This document shows positions 11,819 through 21,151 of a stretch of DNA of 64,000 nt, piece after piece. Position 1 is the stretch's first letter. Each line of letters opens with the position of its first letter. Source of the stretch: Coriobacteriales bacterium (GTDB taxonomy: Bacteria; Actinomycetota; Coriobacteriia; Coriobacteriales; UMGS124). The notes under the pieces were generated by a model. The model saw nothing but the letters and a program-made list of their open reading frames with translations, made no database searches and was not told where the DNA came from. The DNA lies in NCBI GenBank assembly GCA_017515595.1, contig JAFWFL010000080.1:1200-65199 (forward strand), read 5' to 3'. Position numbers and translations under genes: made by a program.

Positions 11819-12034
11819 TTAAGCAAAGATGAACTGGTTGGTTCCGACGATAAGTGCAGCTACGAAGCCAATGAGGGCCAAAGCCTCAACGAAAGCAGCG
11901 CCAAGAATAAATACGGTGAACAAACGACCCTGCATCTCCGGCTGACGAGCCATACCGGTTGCGGCACCAAATGCCGCAAGGCCAATGCCAATGCCGGCGC
12001 CAATTACGCCAAGACCATAACCAACAACGCCCAT
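11819..12034 (-). CDS. atpE: Fo ATP synthase c subunit
   Basis: 71 aa, two hydrophobic helices. The polar loop ARQPE and the carboxylate context FVEALAL are typical of the c-ring proteolipid. Confidence 0.93.
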   Translation of the reverse strand: MGVVGYGLGVIGAGIGIGLAAFGAATGMARQPEMQGRLFTVFILGAAFVEALALIGFVAALIVGTNQFIFA

Positions 12035-12145
12035 ACAATCCTCCTAAAGGACGGCCGCCCAACCCTTTGCTGGGCGATAGCCAATAAAAACCTTATATGT
12101 CCACGGTTGACTGCAACCGTAAAGACCAACTAAAAGATATGCACG

Positions 12146-12931
12146 TTAGTGCGCGTCTGCCTCGGCAAGCTGAATATATACTGCCGAGAGCATGGCAAAT
12201 ACGTATGCCTGGATTGCCGCAACAACAATTTCTACGGCATAAATAACAACGAGAATGGCAAGCCATGCGATGCTTGCGATTCCAAGGAAGTTACCTGCAG
12301 AAATAAGAGCGGTAAAGAAAAGGCTTGTAAGAAGAGCAAATGAACCAAGGCAAATGTGACCTGCGAACATATTGGCAAAAAGACGGACAGCCAGAGTGAT
12401 AAGACGCAGGAAGGTTGAGAAGGCTTCAATAATGCCTACAAGAACATTCATGGGGAAGCCCACACCTGCCGGAGCAAAGCTCTTGATGTAGCCAAGACCG
12501 CCCATCTTCTTAACGGCTACTACAATAAAGTAAATGAACGAATAAAGCGCGAGCGCAAAGGTAACGCCAATAGTGCCGGTACCGGGTTTGCAACCGGGGA
12601 TTACACCAATTACATTGTTTACCAAAATAAAGAAGAAAATGGTAAGCAAGAACGGTGCATGCTTATCTGCGGTCTTGCCAAGCGTTGCTTTGATAACATC
12701 GTTGCGAACAAACTCGACAACAAACTCAAAGCCATTAATAAAGCGACCCCTCGGAACCAACGACTCGCGATTACGTGCCGCCCAGATGATCAGGAACAAA
12801 ACAACAATGGCAACGCACATCCAAAAGATGTACTGCGTTAAGCCAAAGGTATCAGTTCCTATCATCGCAGGCGCAAGGAACTCGTTCACGAGCTCGCTAA
12901 CCTGCTCCGGGAATGATGCTAGAATATCCAT
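12146..12931 (-). CDS. atpB: Fo ATP synthase a subunit
   Basis: Polytopic membrane protein with the essential Arg context (LAVRLFANMFAGH). I place the start at ATG 12931 (MDILASF..), 7 nt after GGTGAGGAG. The track start at 12949 is a TTG that overlaps this SD. Confidence 0.92.
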   Translation of the reverse strand: MDILASFPEQVSELVNEFLAPAMIGTDTFGLTQYIFWMCVAIVVLFLIIWAARNRESLVPRGRFINGFEFVVEFVRNDVIKATLGKTADKHAPFLLTIFFFILVNNVIGVIPGCKPGTGTIGVTFALALYSFIYFIVVAVKKMGGLGYIKSFAPAGVGFPMNVLVGIIEAFSTFLRLITLAVRLFANMFAGHICLGSFALLTSLFFTALISAGNFLGIASIAWLAILVVIYAVEIVVAAIQAYVFAMLSAVYIQLAEADAH

Positions 12932-12967
12932 CGCACAACTCCTCACCAACTACTACGTTACAAACCC

Positions 12968-13270
12968 TCAACCACGCTTACGAACAAACAGAACCAAACT
13001 CACCGCCACGCCAATGATAAAACTCAGCATCAGCGCTGCCATAAACACCAAAAGCATGTCTCTGAATACAAACCAGCCCATCAATATGGCGCCTGACATC
13101 AGCACAAACGAGATGCCCACTGCTATCAATGCCGGCCGCATTGACGTGCTTCTTTGCTTCTTGAGAAGCCGCAGGACAAATATATAGGGAAAGCTGCCCG
13201 CAATTCCGCATGCCACACCCACAAGTATAGGCAAAACCATATCCATAGGTGCGACCAAACCTCCCCTCAT
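12968..13270 (-). CDS. Small membrane protein at the head of the atp operon (AtpI/AtpZ-like)
   Basis: 100 aa with three or four hydrophobic helices, immediately upstream of atpB as in other atpI-BEFHAGDC operons. No diagnostic motif. Confidence 0.55.
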   Translation of the reverse strand: MRGGLVAPMDMVLPILVGVACGIAGSFPYIFVLRLLKKQRSTSMRPALIAVGISFVLMSGAILMGWFVFRDMLLVFMAALMLSFIIGVAVSLVLFVRKRG

Positions 13271-13433
13271 GCCCTACATACTCAGAGCAATCTTAAATGA
13301 TATCTGTCATGTGTGTATGTTTCAACCTCACAAAACGGTCATCGGCAAAATTTATCCAAAGTTTGCTCGATGTTCTCACAATTAACACACAGCAAATACA
13401 AGAGTGTTTCTTGATGATGAATTACTGCTACAA

Positions 13434-14114
13434 CTAAACCGTACCAAAAATACGGTCTCCCGCGTCACCCAAACCCGGAACAATATAGGCGCGCTCATTG
13501 AGATACTCATCAACCGCACCAACATATATATTAACATCAGGGTCTGCATCGAGCACACGGGCAATACCCTCGGGAGCGCCAAGCACGCAAAGGATTCGAA
13601 TGTCTTTTACATTGGCCTGACGCAGGTATTCTACAGCCGCAACCAAAGAACCGCCTGTTGCAAGCATGGGGTCAACCACCAGACAGGTGCGCTGGTCAAC
13701 ATCTGGCGGGAACTTGCAGTAATAGGTATGCGGCTCACGGGTCATGGGATCGCGATACAAACCAATATGGCCTACACGAGCTGCGGGTATAAGATCAAGC
13801 AGACCGTCAACCATACCCAAACCGGCGCGCAAAATGGGAATTACCGCTACTTTTTTACCGGCAATCATTTGGCAGTCAGACCAGGCAATTGGGGTTTCTA
13901 CCTTCACGTCGCGCAGGGGGAAGTCGCGTGTTGCCTCATATCCTTCAAAAAGTGCTATCTCACGAACCAGCTCGCGGAACTGCTTGCAACTGGTCTCTTT
14001 GTCGCGCAGAATGGCGAGCTTGTGCTGTACCATTGGGTGATCAATGAGATGCAGCCGGGGATTCTGGAGTATCTTGGTCTTAAGGGCGGCCGATTCTTCC
14101 GGGGTAATTGACAT
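13434..14114 (-). CDS. upp: Uracil phosphoribosyltransferase
   Basis: 226 aa. PRPP-binding loop LVVDPMLATGGS and C-terminal YIVPGLGDAGDRIFGT are canonical Upp. SD AAAGGAG. Confidence 0.93.
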   Translation of the reverse strand: MSITPEESAALKTKILQNPRLHLIDHPMVQHKLAILRDKETSCKQFRELVREIALFEGYEATRDFPLRDVKVETPIAWSDCQMIAGKKVAVIPILRAGLGMVDGLLDLIPAARVGHIGLYRDPMTREPHTYYCKFPPDVDQRTCLVVDPMLATGGSLVAAVEYLRQANVKDIRILCVLGAPEGIARVLDADPDVNIYVGAVDEYLNERAYIVPGLGDAGDRIFGTV

Positions 14115-14136
14115 AACGCAAATCTCCTTTCATGAA

Positions 14137-14679
14137 TTAACTCAAAGAACCAAGCTTCTCATCAAGCTTTGCGTTTATACGCTCGGCAAGCGTATCACGC
14201 AAAGGTGTTACCTGAGGCCCGTCTACATGAGCCTTTTTTCCTGCTTCATCAAGCTCCATTATTTTGCCTATACGCAAAGCATGGCGCCCGCCTTCAAACT
14301 GGGCGACAAGGAATACTTTAAGAATTTGCTTGTTGACATCAAGCGTAACATAACGCCCCGAAAGCGTAATGACATTTGCGTCATTGTGACGGCGCGCCAA
14401 ATCAGCAAACTCGGGAAGAATTACATTGGCGGCACGAATACCTGCCATTTTATTGGCTGCAATAGACATTCCAATGCCGGTGCCGCACACAAGCACGCCA
14501 CGGTCTGCTTCGCCGTTTGTTACCGCCTTGCAAACAAGGACAGCATAATCCGGGTAATCTACCCGCTCTGCTGAGGCCGGGCCCAGGTCAATAACCTCAT
14601 GACCCAATTCCTGCAAATAAGGTATTAACTCGGCTTTTTGATCAAAACCAGCATGATCAGAAGCAATTGCAATGCGCAT
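14137..14679 (-). CDS. rpiB: Ribose-5-phosphate isomerase B
   Basis: MRIAIASDHAGF.. and LVCGTGIGMSIAANK are RpiB/LacAB signatures. The start is set at ATG 14679, preceded by GAGAAGGAGAG; the longer track ORF reaching 14739 lacks an SD. There is a ~35-aa C-terminal extension. Confidence 0.88.
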   Translation of the reverse strand: MRIAIASDHAGFDQKAELIPYLQELGHEVIDLGPASAERVDYPDYAVLVCKAVTNGEADRGVLVCGTGIGMSIAANKMAGIRAANVILPEFADLARRHNDANVITLSGRYVTLDVNKQILKVFLVAQFEGGRHALRIGKIMELDEAGKKAHVDGPQVTPLRDTLAERINAKLDEKLGSLS

Positions 14680-14899
14680 GATCTTAGCTCTCCTTCTCAA
14701 TAACGGTTCGGTCCGCAAAACAAATCGAAAATCATCCAAAACACACCTATTTCTTTCATCTCTGTACTATACCGCTAAAGTGAAGATATTCTCGGCAGAA
14801 TTAAAGACTTACGGGCGAAACGCAAAAACAATCGTCAAACGTAGAAGCTTTGGAGTATACTGACAAAGAACCGTTAATGAAATGATTGGGGAGGCTGCT

Positions 14900-15916
14900 A
14901 TGGGTTCGTACGCTGACAAGGGGTTTTCTCGGCATATTTGCGTTTGTCTGGAGTTTCTCTCGGAGGAACACAAACAAGTCATAGCAGATGCCGCTCATAA
15001 TTTTGGATTCGATGTACGTTTTTTTGAGGACGAGAAAGACGCCGGGCTTGCGGAGTGTCTCCGGGAGGCTGAGGTTCTGTTTGCCCACTCGCCTGAGCTT
15101 GTGCGTGCGGCTTCAGACAAGCTCTCGTGGTATTGCTGCGCATATGCCGGCGTAGACCCCTATTGTGCCGACCCCGGCATGTTCGCAAACCCGAATTGTC
15201 TTTTGACAAACTCCTCGGGTGCTTACGACGAAACCATTGGCGAGCATCTTATTATGGTTGCGCTTATGCTTTTGCGCCGCATGCCCGAGTATGCTCATAT
15301 AATTGCCGGGAGAATCTGGAAGCGCGACCTTGCGGTACGCTCTATTTGCGACGTACGCATTACCGTACTGGGAGCCGGGAACATTGGGTCATCATTCGCC
15401 CGTAAAGCCGCAGCTCTTGGCGCACAAAATATAATTGGCGTAAACAGATCAGGCAAACAGCGCGAACCGTATGCCGAGATGTATGCGCTTGACGGACACG
15501 ACGGCAAGGGCGGGCTTGACGCGGTCCTCCCCCAAACCGACATGCTTGTGATGGCATTGCCCGGCACCAAAGACACGGTGGGCATTCTTTCGCGCGAACG
15601 TATAGCACTGCTCCCTCAGGATGCCCTCGTGATCAATATTGGACGCGGAAGCGCCATTGACCAGCCGGCAATTATTGATGCGCTTAACTCCGGTCATCTG
15701 GCAGGGGCTGCGCTCGACGTTATGACACCTGAACCTTTGCCTGCAAGCGACCCGCTCTGGGATGCAAAAAACGCCCTTATTACACCTCACATTTCGGGGA
15801 ACATGACGCTTACCTGGACCCGCGATGAGTGCGTTCGTCTGTTTTTGGAAGACCTTGCCAACTATGCCAATGGCAGGCCTCTTGTGCGGCTGGTTGATAA
15901 GACTGCCGGCTATTAA
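14900..15916 (+). CDS. D-isomer-specific 2-hydroxyacid dehydrogenase family protein, NAD-binding
   Basis: NAD fold VLGAGNIGSSFARKA and catalytic region NIGRGSAIDQPAIIDALNSGHLAGAALDVMTPEPLP..ITPHISG. The start is set at ATG 14900, 6 nt after GGGGAGG. The stop shares a TTAA (15913-15916) with the convergent LuxR gene. Confidence 0.85.
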   Translation: MGSYADKGFSRHICVCLEFLSEEHKQVIADAAHNFGFDVRFFEDEKDAGLAECLREAEVLFAHSPELVRAASDKLSWYCCAYAGVDPYCADPGMFANPNCLLTNSSGAYDETIGEHLIMVALMLLRRMPEYAHIIAGRIWKRDLAVRSICDVRITVLGAGNIGSSFARKAAALGAQNIIGVNRSGKQREPYAEMYALDGHDGKGGLDAVLPQTDMLVMALPGTKDTVGILSRERIALLPQDALVINIGRGSAIDQPAIIDALNSGHLAGAALDVMTPEPLPASDPLWDAKNALITPHISGNMTLTWTRDECVRLFLEDLANYANGRPLVRLVDKTAGY

Positions 15917-17574
15917 GCCTGTTTGGCGTCATCAATAATATCTATAAGCTCCTGGCGTGAATGAATGCCAAGCTTACTATAGACATTTTTTATATGTGAC
16001 CGCACGGTATTGATTGATACACCCAAAAGGTCGGCCGTTTTCTCAAGGCTGTACCCGCGCGAGAAATACTGCGCTGTTTCGCTTTCGCGCGCGGTGAGAG
16101 CATAGGTTTTTGCGACGTAATCCAGGGCGTCTTCGAATGTGCGGCCTTCAGGGAGGGGGCCGTTGGGTTCGCTCGGGGTTTCTGCGGGTTTCTCGGCCTG
16201 TAAAGACAATGAATCGCCCGTTGTCTCTTGAACGGGGCTTGCGGCGCCGGCTTGCTTCATAAGCATGTTATTCAAAAGCACTATAACACCTATGAGCAGG
16301 ATAAATATTATGCCCATGCTCACATATGAGGTTACCATTGAGGAATCAAACAATGCCTCGCGCAAGATTGCCGGAACGCCAATAAAGCGGGCAATACCTG
16401 AGATAGACTCGGGAATAAAGAGCATGAGACCCAACAATCTCGTAAGCCCAAACGGCATGTTTGGCGCCGAGAAAATCGCGAACAAGAACATGAGCAGCGT
16501 GAAACATACCCGCGCTGTGGTAATAAAGTCGCTCCCGAGAATACGCAGTTCTTCATCAGGCGAGAAGACCAAAAGAAACACTCCGGCAAAAAACAGTACC
16601 ACAAATACGGTCCAGTTCCAGAATATAACACGCTTGACCGGGAATTCCCGGACGAGGAGGATCACTGATATCAAAACCACCACAACATTAATGACGGTCA
16701 TCATTGTGGTATGCCAGGTAAGTCCCGTATTAACATACCAGGGATTTGTGACACCGCGGGCAACGTTACCGGTAAAACAAAAGAGCGCAAACAAGATCAT
16801 GAATGCAAACGGAATACCCGCTGATGCGAGCGATTGTGAAAGCGAAGGGATGGGTTTTTGCTCAGGGACTTCTATGCTCAGTCCACGTGACGGATGTGTA
16901 AGGAGAACCAAGCAACCAATGGTAAGCACAGGACAAAGCAAACGTATGATCCCTTGCAATACTATGGGCATCAACAGAACCGCATTGCTAAAAAAGCACA
17001 GGCCAAATGATAAAAACGCTGCGATTGCCGCCTTTTGTGCGGGCATCTCCATAAGCGCAGAGCCATACCACAAGACTGCCGCCATAAAATAAAGCGCGCT
17101 TAAAACCGCTCCTACTGATAAGACCGCTCCAAGGATTTCTTGCGGAACAGGAATCCAGAGCGCAAGCTCACTGATAATACCAATAACTGCAAGACACACA
17201 GCAAACACAAGAGACTCATGCCGGTGCATCCAATAAGCTATGCGCGGAGCAAGAAGCGCAACACATAAAGAAAAAAGCGCAAACGCTATGGCAAACGAGG
17301 TATAAGCAATTTGGGAGGTAGCGGTATCATACGCAAAAGAAGCAACCAAAAACGAGAGATGGTGAGCCCTGAAGTACGGCCAAAGCGGCGCCATACCCAA
17401 AGCAGGTAAAACAATATGCGCGAGTCCTTTGTCCGCAACGCCCACAAGCCTCTCCCTTGCTTTGCTGCCCACAAAATCATTTTTAAAATTGTAGCACGTC
17501 CAAGACCGTACATGACAACAAAACCGTAAGAGTTCCGTTTTATGCATGATGCGGTTCATATGAACGGAGAACAT
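15913..17574 (-). CDS. Polytopic-membrane LuxR-family transcriptional regulator
   Basis: About 10 or more hydrophobic segments followed by a C-terminal LuxR/FixJ HTH (TARESETAQYFSRGYSLEKTADLLGVSINTVRSHIKNVYSKLGIHSRQELIDII). The start codon is uncertain because no SD is seen at any of the first Met codons. Confidence 0.8.
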   Translation of the reverse strand: MFSVHMNRIMHKTELLRFCCHVRSWTCYNFKNDFVGSKARERLVGVADKGLAHIVLPALGMAPLWPYFRAHHLSFLVASFAYDTATSQIAYTSFAIAFALFSLCVALLAPRIAYWMHRHESLVFAVCLAVIGIISELALWIPVPQEILGAVLSVGAVLSALYFMAAVLWYGSALMEMPAQKAAIAAFLSFGLCFFSNAVLLMPIVLQGIIRLLCPVLTIGCLVLLTHPSRGLSIEVPEQKPIPSLSQSLASAGIPFAFMILFALFCFTGNVARGVTNPWYVNTGLTWHTTMMTVINVVVVLISVILLVREFPVKRVIFWNWTVFVVLFFAGVFLLVFSPDEELRILGSDFITTARVCFTLLMFLFAIFSAPNMPFGLTRLLGLMLFIPESISGIARFIGVPAILREALFDSSMVTSYVSMGIIFILLIGVIVLLNNMLMKQAGAASPVQETTGDSLSLQAEKPAETPSEPNGPLPEGRTFEDALDYVAKTYALTARESETAQYFSRGYSLEKTADLLGVSINTVRSHIKNVYSKLGIHSRQELIDIIDDAKQA

Positions 17575-17590
17575 AAGAGCTTGAATAGCA

Positions 17591-17620
17591 TTGACACTTA
17601 TATCTCGTTATCTCTAAGAT
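17591..17620 (+). promoter_or_regulatory. Candidate sigma70-type promoter for hicAB (TTGACA-N18-TAAGAT)
   Basis: TTGACA at 17591-17596 and TAAGAT at 17615-17620, about 100 nt upstream of hicA. The region is AT-rich, so chance matches are likely. Confidence 0.3.
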
Positions 17621-17640
17621 AATTCAAATACATTGTGAGT

Positions 17641-17697
17641 TATATATTAATTCGCTTAATATTAAATCTATTTAATACTTAAGTAGATTAATATATA
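17641..17697. promoter_or_regulatory. AT-rich nested palindrome upstream of hicA (candidate TA autoregulation operator)
   Basis: TATATATTAAT (17641-17651) is the exact reverse complement of ATTAATATATA (17687-17697). An inner ATTAAAT/ATTTAAT pair lies between them. Confidence 0.35.
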
Positions 17698-17716
17698 CAT
17701 ACCGAAAGGAAACACA

Positions 17717-17893
17717 TTGACAAAGCAAAGAATGCTGATCAAAGAACTCATAGATGCCGGATTTAAGTACATTAAAACAAACGGAGGACATGATAAGTAC
17801 CGAAAAGATAAGATAACAATTGCAATTCCTCATCATAGAGAAATAAGTGACCAGATGGCAGACATCATTAGAAAAGAAGCAGGTTTAAAATAA
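17717..17893 (+). CDS. hicA: HicA-family mRNA interferase toxin
   Basis: 58-aa ORF, below the track cutoff: (M)TKQRMLIKELIDAGFKYIKTNGGHDKYRKDKITIAIPHHREISDQMADIIRKEAGLK. It matches the HicA/YcfA pattern (G-G/S-H, PHH, C-terminal ..AGL). The TTG start at 17717 lies 4 nt after GAAAGGAAA; an alternative ATG is at 17732. Confidence 0.8.
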   Translation: MTKQRMLIKELIDAGFKYIKTNGGHDKYRKDKITIAIPHHREISDQMADIIRKEAGLK

Positions 17894-17935
17894 TCCAATT
17901 CTACTTTTTATTCTTATCATACGATCGGAGCAAAA

Positions 17936-18385
17936 ATGATTTTTATTCGAGAATTTGAATTATTCGAGAATGAAGGTATGACACTAGCAATTCCTCATGA
18001 TATGCCAGGTGGTACAGAGGGCTATAATTTTCAGGATGCAATCGAAATGGCCGCGGACTGGCTTAGGATGATGGCGGAGGATGCTCTTATACGTGGAGTT
18101 GATCTTCCCGGTGGAAATCTGGGTCAAGAACCGGAACATGGCGGTAAAATGGTTATCATTGCCATCCAGGCTGATCTAAAAAACGTCCCATCAATAACTG
18201 CGCTCGAAGCTGCTCAAAAACTTGGCATATCTCAAGCCCGTGTAAAACAGCTTTGCGATTCCGGACTTCTTGAGTCATGGAAAATTGGCAGAACGCGTAT
18301 GGTCTCACTCGATTCTGTCAATGCTCGTCTTGCAGAGCAGCCAAAAGCCGGACGCCCAAAACAAACTGAAGTAGTTTCTGCATAA
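17936..18385 (+). CDS. hicB: HicB-family antitoxin with a C-terminal HTH DNA-binding domain
   Basis: 149 aa, 42 nt downstream of hicA. HicB-like N-terminal part (..EGMTLAIPHDMPGGTEGYNFQDAIEMAADWL..). C-terminal HTH ITALEAAQKLGISQARVKQLCDSGLL. SD GGAG. Confidence 0.78.
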   Translation: MIFIREFELFENEGMTLAIPHDMPGGTEGYNFQDAIEMAADWLRMMAEDALIRGVDLPGGNLGQEPEHGGKMVIIAIQADLKNVPSITALEAAQKLGISQARVKQLCDSGLLESWKIGRTRMVSLDSVNARLAEQPKAGRPKQTEVVSA

Positions 18386-18478
18386 ACCCAAAATATTCAA
18401 CAACCATAATCAACAAACATAAATAACTGAAATATGGTGAATTACGTAGCTCATAAAACGGAAAAGAAACAAAATGGT

Positions 18479-19033
18479 TTATTGTTTTTCATCATCTGAA
18501 ATCATCCATCGTTTTGGTGTTTTGATTTGATGAAAGCGAATCGAGGGTCTTGTAAGTCTTATGTCGGTAAACCCCTGAATTGTATCAACCACATCACTAT
18601 TGCAAGAATCATTAAGAAGTATTAATGATAAAGCACCAGTTGGACACGCTTCGACACAAGCCGGTATTTCTCCTCTATCCTGACGGGTTGCGCACATGTT
18701 GCAACGGGTTACTTTATTGGTAGAAGCATTGTATTGCGGAGCATGGTAGGGGCAAGCTGTCACACACCTACGGCAACCATTACATAGACTCGAATTTATT
18801 TCAACAATCCCGTCATGTCTCTTATTAAATGCCCGCTCGGGACATACTCGGAAACACTCCGGATTTTCGCAGTGATTACATGCCATCGAGAGAAAAACTC
18901 CCTCTTCGATCTCAATTACGTGACGCCAGTGAATATGAGAAGGAGTTAGGTTTTCATTACGGCACGCCATTTCGCATGCCCGGCATCCAATACAAAGGCT
19001 GACATCAACAAGAAAAGCCTTCGGGTTGTTCAT
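18479..19033 (-). CDS. 4x[4Fe-4S] ferredoxin-type subunit (DmsB/PsrB-like) of the Tat-less molybdoenzyme
   Basis: 184 aa with four Cys clusters: CIGCRACEMAC, CNHCENPECFRVCP, CNGCRRCVTACP and CNMC..ACVEACP. Its start overlaps the upstream catalytic-subunit gene by 29 nt. Confidence 0.88.
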   Translation of the reverse strand: MNNPKAFLVDVSLCIGCRACEMACRNENLTPSHIHWRHVIEIEEGVFLSMACNHCENPECFRVCPERAFNKRHDGIVEINSSLCNGCRRCVTACPYHAPQYNASTNKVTRCNMCATRQDRGEIPACVEACPTGALSLILLNDSCNSDVVDTIQGFTDIRLTRPSIRFHQIKTPKRWMISDDEKQ

Positions 19034-21014
19034 ATGGGCTCACCTTTCTGATGCGGACCTTGCAATCAAAAAACGGGCAACTCTCTGCTGAAGGAAATGA
19101 CCCTCCAAAAAGATTGTTTACACAGAACCGATCGCTCTGTTCAACATAGACAACATTATTGGGAAGTTTTGCATTAACACAAGCCTCAGAAAGCATCGAT
19201 CCTCTTGCAGAGCACACCTCAATGGTATCTCCATTACGAATCTCTTGATTTGAGGCAATATGTGAGGATATCTCAGCGGTTGGCATCTTCTTTTGCATGG
19301 GATTAAGCCAGGTGAGAGTCTCATATTGAGAGTGAAATTTCAAAAGAGACTGAGGTGTAAGTAAATAATAAGGATAATCACAAACTGACAGACTGATTTC
19401 TGAATGTAAGTCAGATAATAAAGAACTATCAAAACAATATCTCCAGGTATCCGGGAGAGGTTCTTTGATTTTCTTAAATGACTGTTTGCGCAAATCATCA
19501 ATAGAGTTAAAACCGTACTCATCCTCCATCTGAGGAATAAAAAACTTGCATATCCAGTCAAGTGCGTTCATTTCTGATGGAAATGCCGAGAAACCCGGTT
19601 TGATTCGGTTTATATAGCTTGATAGTTCTCGGGCAATTTGCAGATCACTCTTTGATTCATAAAATGACGGAAGAGTTTTTTCATTCAAGGTAAGCCAATT
19701 ATGCCAAAAACTGACAATCAGATCTTCTTCCTCAAAAAAGGACGCTGCCGGCAACACAATGTCTGCTTGGCGGGCTGTTTTTGTGAGATACAAATCAACA
19801 CACACAACTAGCTCCAGCTGGCTAAATAAGTCATACCAAGCAGCTAAGTCAAAACCCTGTGAAAGAGGGTTGGCACAAGAAACCCAAAGCATTTTGAGAG
19901 GAGGATCCTGCAGGCCAAGAGCTTCTTGAGGAAAGGTATTTATATTAACAAATCTTCCCTCGCCATCAGTGCTGTGAGGTTTGCAGTACTCTATCATAAA
20001 CTCAGCAGGATCAGTGTAAGCTTTATTGTAAAAGTACAGACCTCCACCGGCAGTATAATAACTCCCTGTTAACGCAATCAATGCACTGATTGCGTTAACC
20101 GCTTTTCCAGCGCCACGATACCGTTGCATCCCAAACCCTGTCAGACATGCTATCGCGTTATGCTCCAAGAACAATTTACATAAACAATCAAAAGCTTCCG
20201 TTGAGAGTCCTGTATGAGAAAGTACCTCATCTATTAAAAGCCTATCGAGCTCCCGGGCAAATTCAGCGTAACCACATGTGTGTTCCTTTATAAAGCCTTC
20301 ATCTATGTGTTTTACTTCAACGAGCCGTTTGGCAATACCCAATGCCAGCCATTCATCAGAATGAGGCTCGATTTGAAAATAGTAATCTGCTCTCTTTGCT
20401 GTATTGGTAAAAACCGGATCTATAACAACAAGAGGAACGCTTTTGTCTTTACGGGCTTTGTAAATAATACGCATCAGATTGATATTTGTAGATGTAGGAT
20501 TTCCTCCCCAAATAACAATAAGATTAGCTTTATGCATGTCTTCAGGATCAGGGTGAGGAAAACTTCCCATGGTCTTCTCGAGCACATGTATTCCGGTGTC
20601 GGCGCATATGTTTCCTGTCAAATTGGTACACGATCCCAAACCGGCAAACATACCTTCAACAGCATGGTGAAGAAGGCCAATGTTTCCCGTTCCTTTATAG
20701 TATCCAATGGCTTTATTGGACCCAAAGGTTTTGTTGAGCTCAATTATCTTTAATGAAATAATATCATAAGCCTGGTCCCAGGAAATACGCCGCCATTCCC
20801 CTGATCCGCGGCGCAGTTGTTTGAGTGGATATCTTAAACGATAATCATCAAGTGTATATTGAATAAGTGAATAGCCTTTTGCACAAAGACTCCCTTGGGT
20901 ATAGCCATGCTTTGAATCGCCAATTACTCTTATTAGTCTTTCACCTTTTACATTGGAAAACATTGCGCATGATCCGTAGCAGTGACGCGGACAGGCATTG
21001 CGAAATTGAGTCAT
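19005..21014 (-). CDS. Molybdopterin (bis-MGD) oxidoreductase catalytic subunit, no Tat leader (predicted cytoplasmic), substrate unknown
   Basis: 669 aa from ATG 21014 (MTQFRNACPRHCYGSCAM..GSLCAKGY = C-x3-C-x3-C..C FS0 cluster motif). Overall layout is that of COG0243-type molybdopterin oxidoreductases (..VIWGGNPTSTN.., ..VVIDPVFTNTAKRAD..). No RR motif is present in any upstream in-frame extension. Confidence 0.85.
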   Translation of the reverse strand: MTQFRNACPRHCYGSCAMFSNVKGERLIRVIGDSKHGYTQGSLCAKGYSLIQYTLDDYRLRYPLKQLRRGSGEWRRISWDQAYDIISLKIIELNKTFGSNKAIGYYKGTGNIGLLHHAVEGMFAGLGSCTNLTGNICADTGIHVLEKTMGSFPHPDPEDMHKANLIVIWGGNPTSTNINLMRIIYKARKDKSVPLVVIDPVFTNTAKRADYYFQIEPHSDEWLALGIAKRLVEVKHIDEGFIKEHTCGYAEFARELDRLLIDEVLSHTGLSTEAFDCLCKLFLEHNAIACLTGFGMQRYRGAGKAVNAISALIALTGSYYTAGGGLYFYNKAYTDPAEFMIEYCKPHSTDGEGRFVNINTFPQEALGLQDPPLKMLWVSCANPLSQGFDLAAWYDLFSQLELVVCVDLYLTKTARQADIVLPAASFFEEEDLIVSFWHNWLTLNEKTLPSFYESKSDLQIARELSSYINRIKPGFSAFPSEMNALDWICKFFIPQMEDEYGFNSIDDLRKQSFKKIKEPLPDTWRYCFDSSLLSDLHSEISLSVCDYPYYLLTPQSLLKFHSQYETLTWLNPMQKKMPTAEISSHIASNQEIRNGDTIEVCSARGSMLSEACVNAKLPNNVVYVEQSDRFCVNNLFGGSFPSAESCPFFDCKVRIRKVSPYEQPEGFSC

Positions 21015-21151
21015 ACGGCAATACCCCCTCAATCAGACAACAGCGTGGGCTTCAACTCATCCCGCCTGCATTTTTAGCTGGCACCAACAAAAATAATACG
21101 TAATTATACTTGAAGTATTGTTTAGTTTTGAACCCAGCATCTTACAAAAGA

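Noticed and set aside
17575-18478. Mobile-element boundary features (integrase, transposase, tRNA target, terminal inverted repeats) at the edge of the low-GC block.
   Set aside because: No such gene or tRNA is present. The only inverted repeats seen look like a local operator upstream of hicA. I therefore call the block low-GC or acquired only on composition, not as a defined mobile element.
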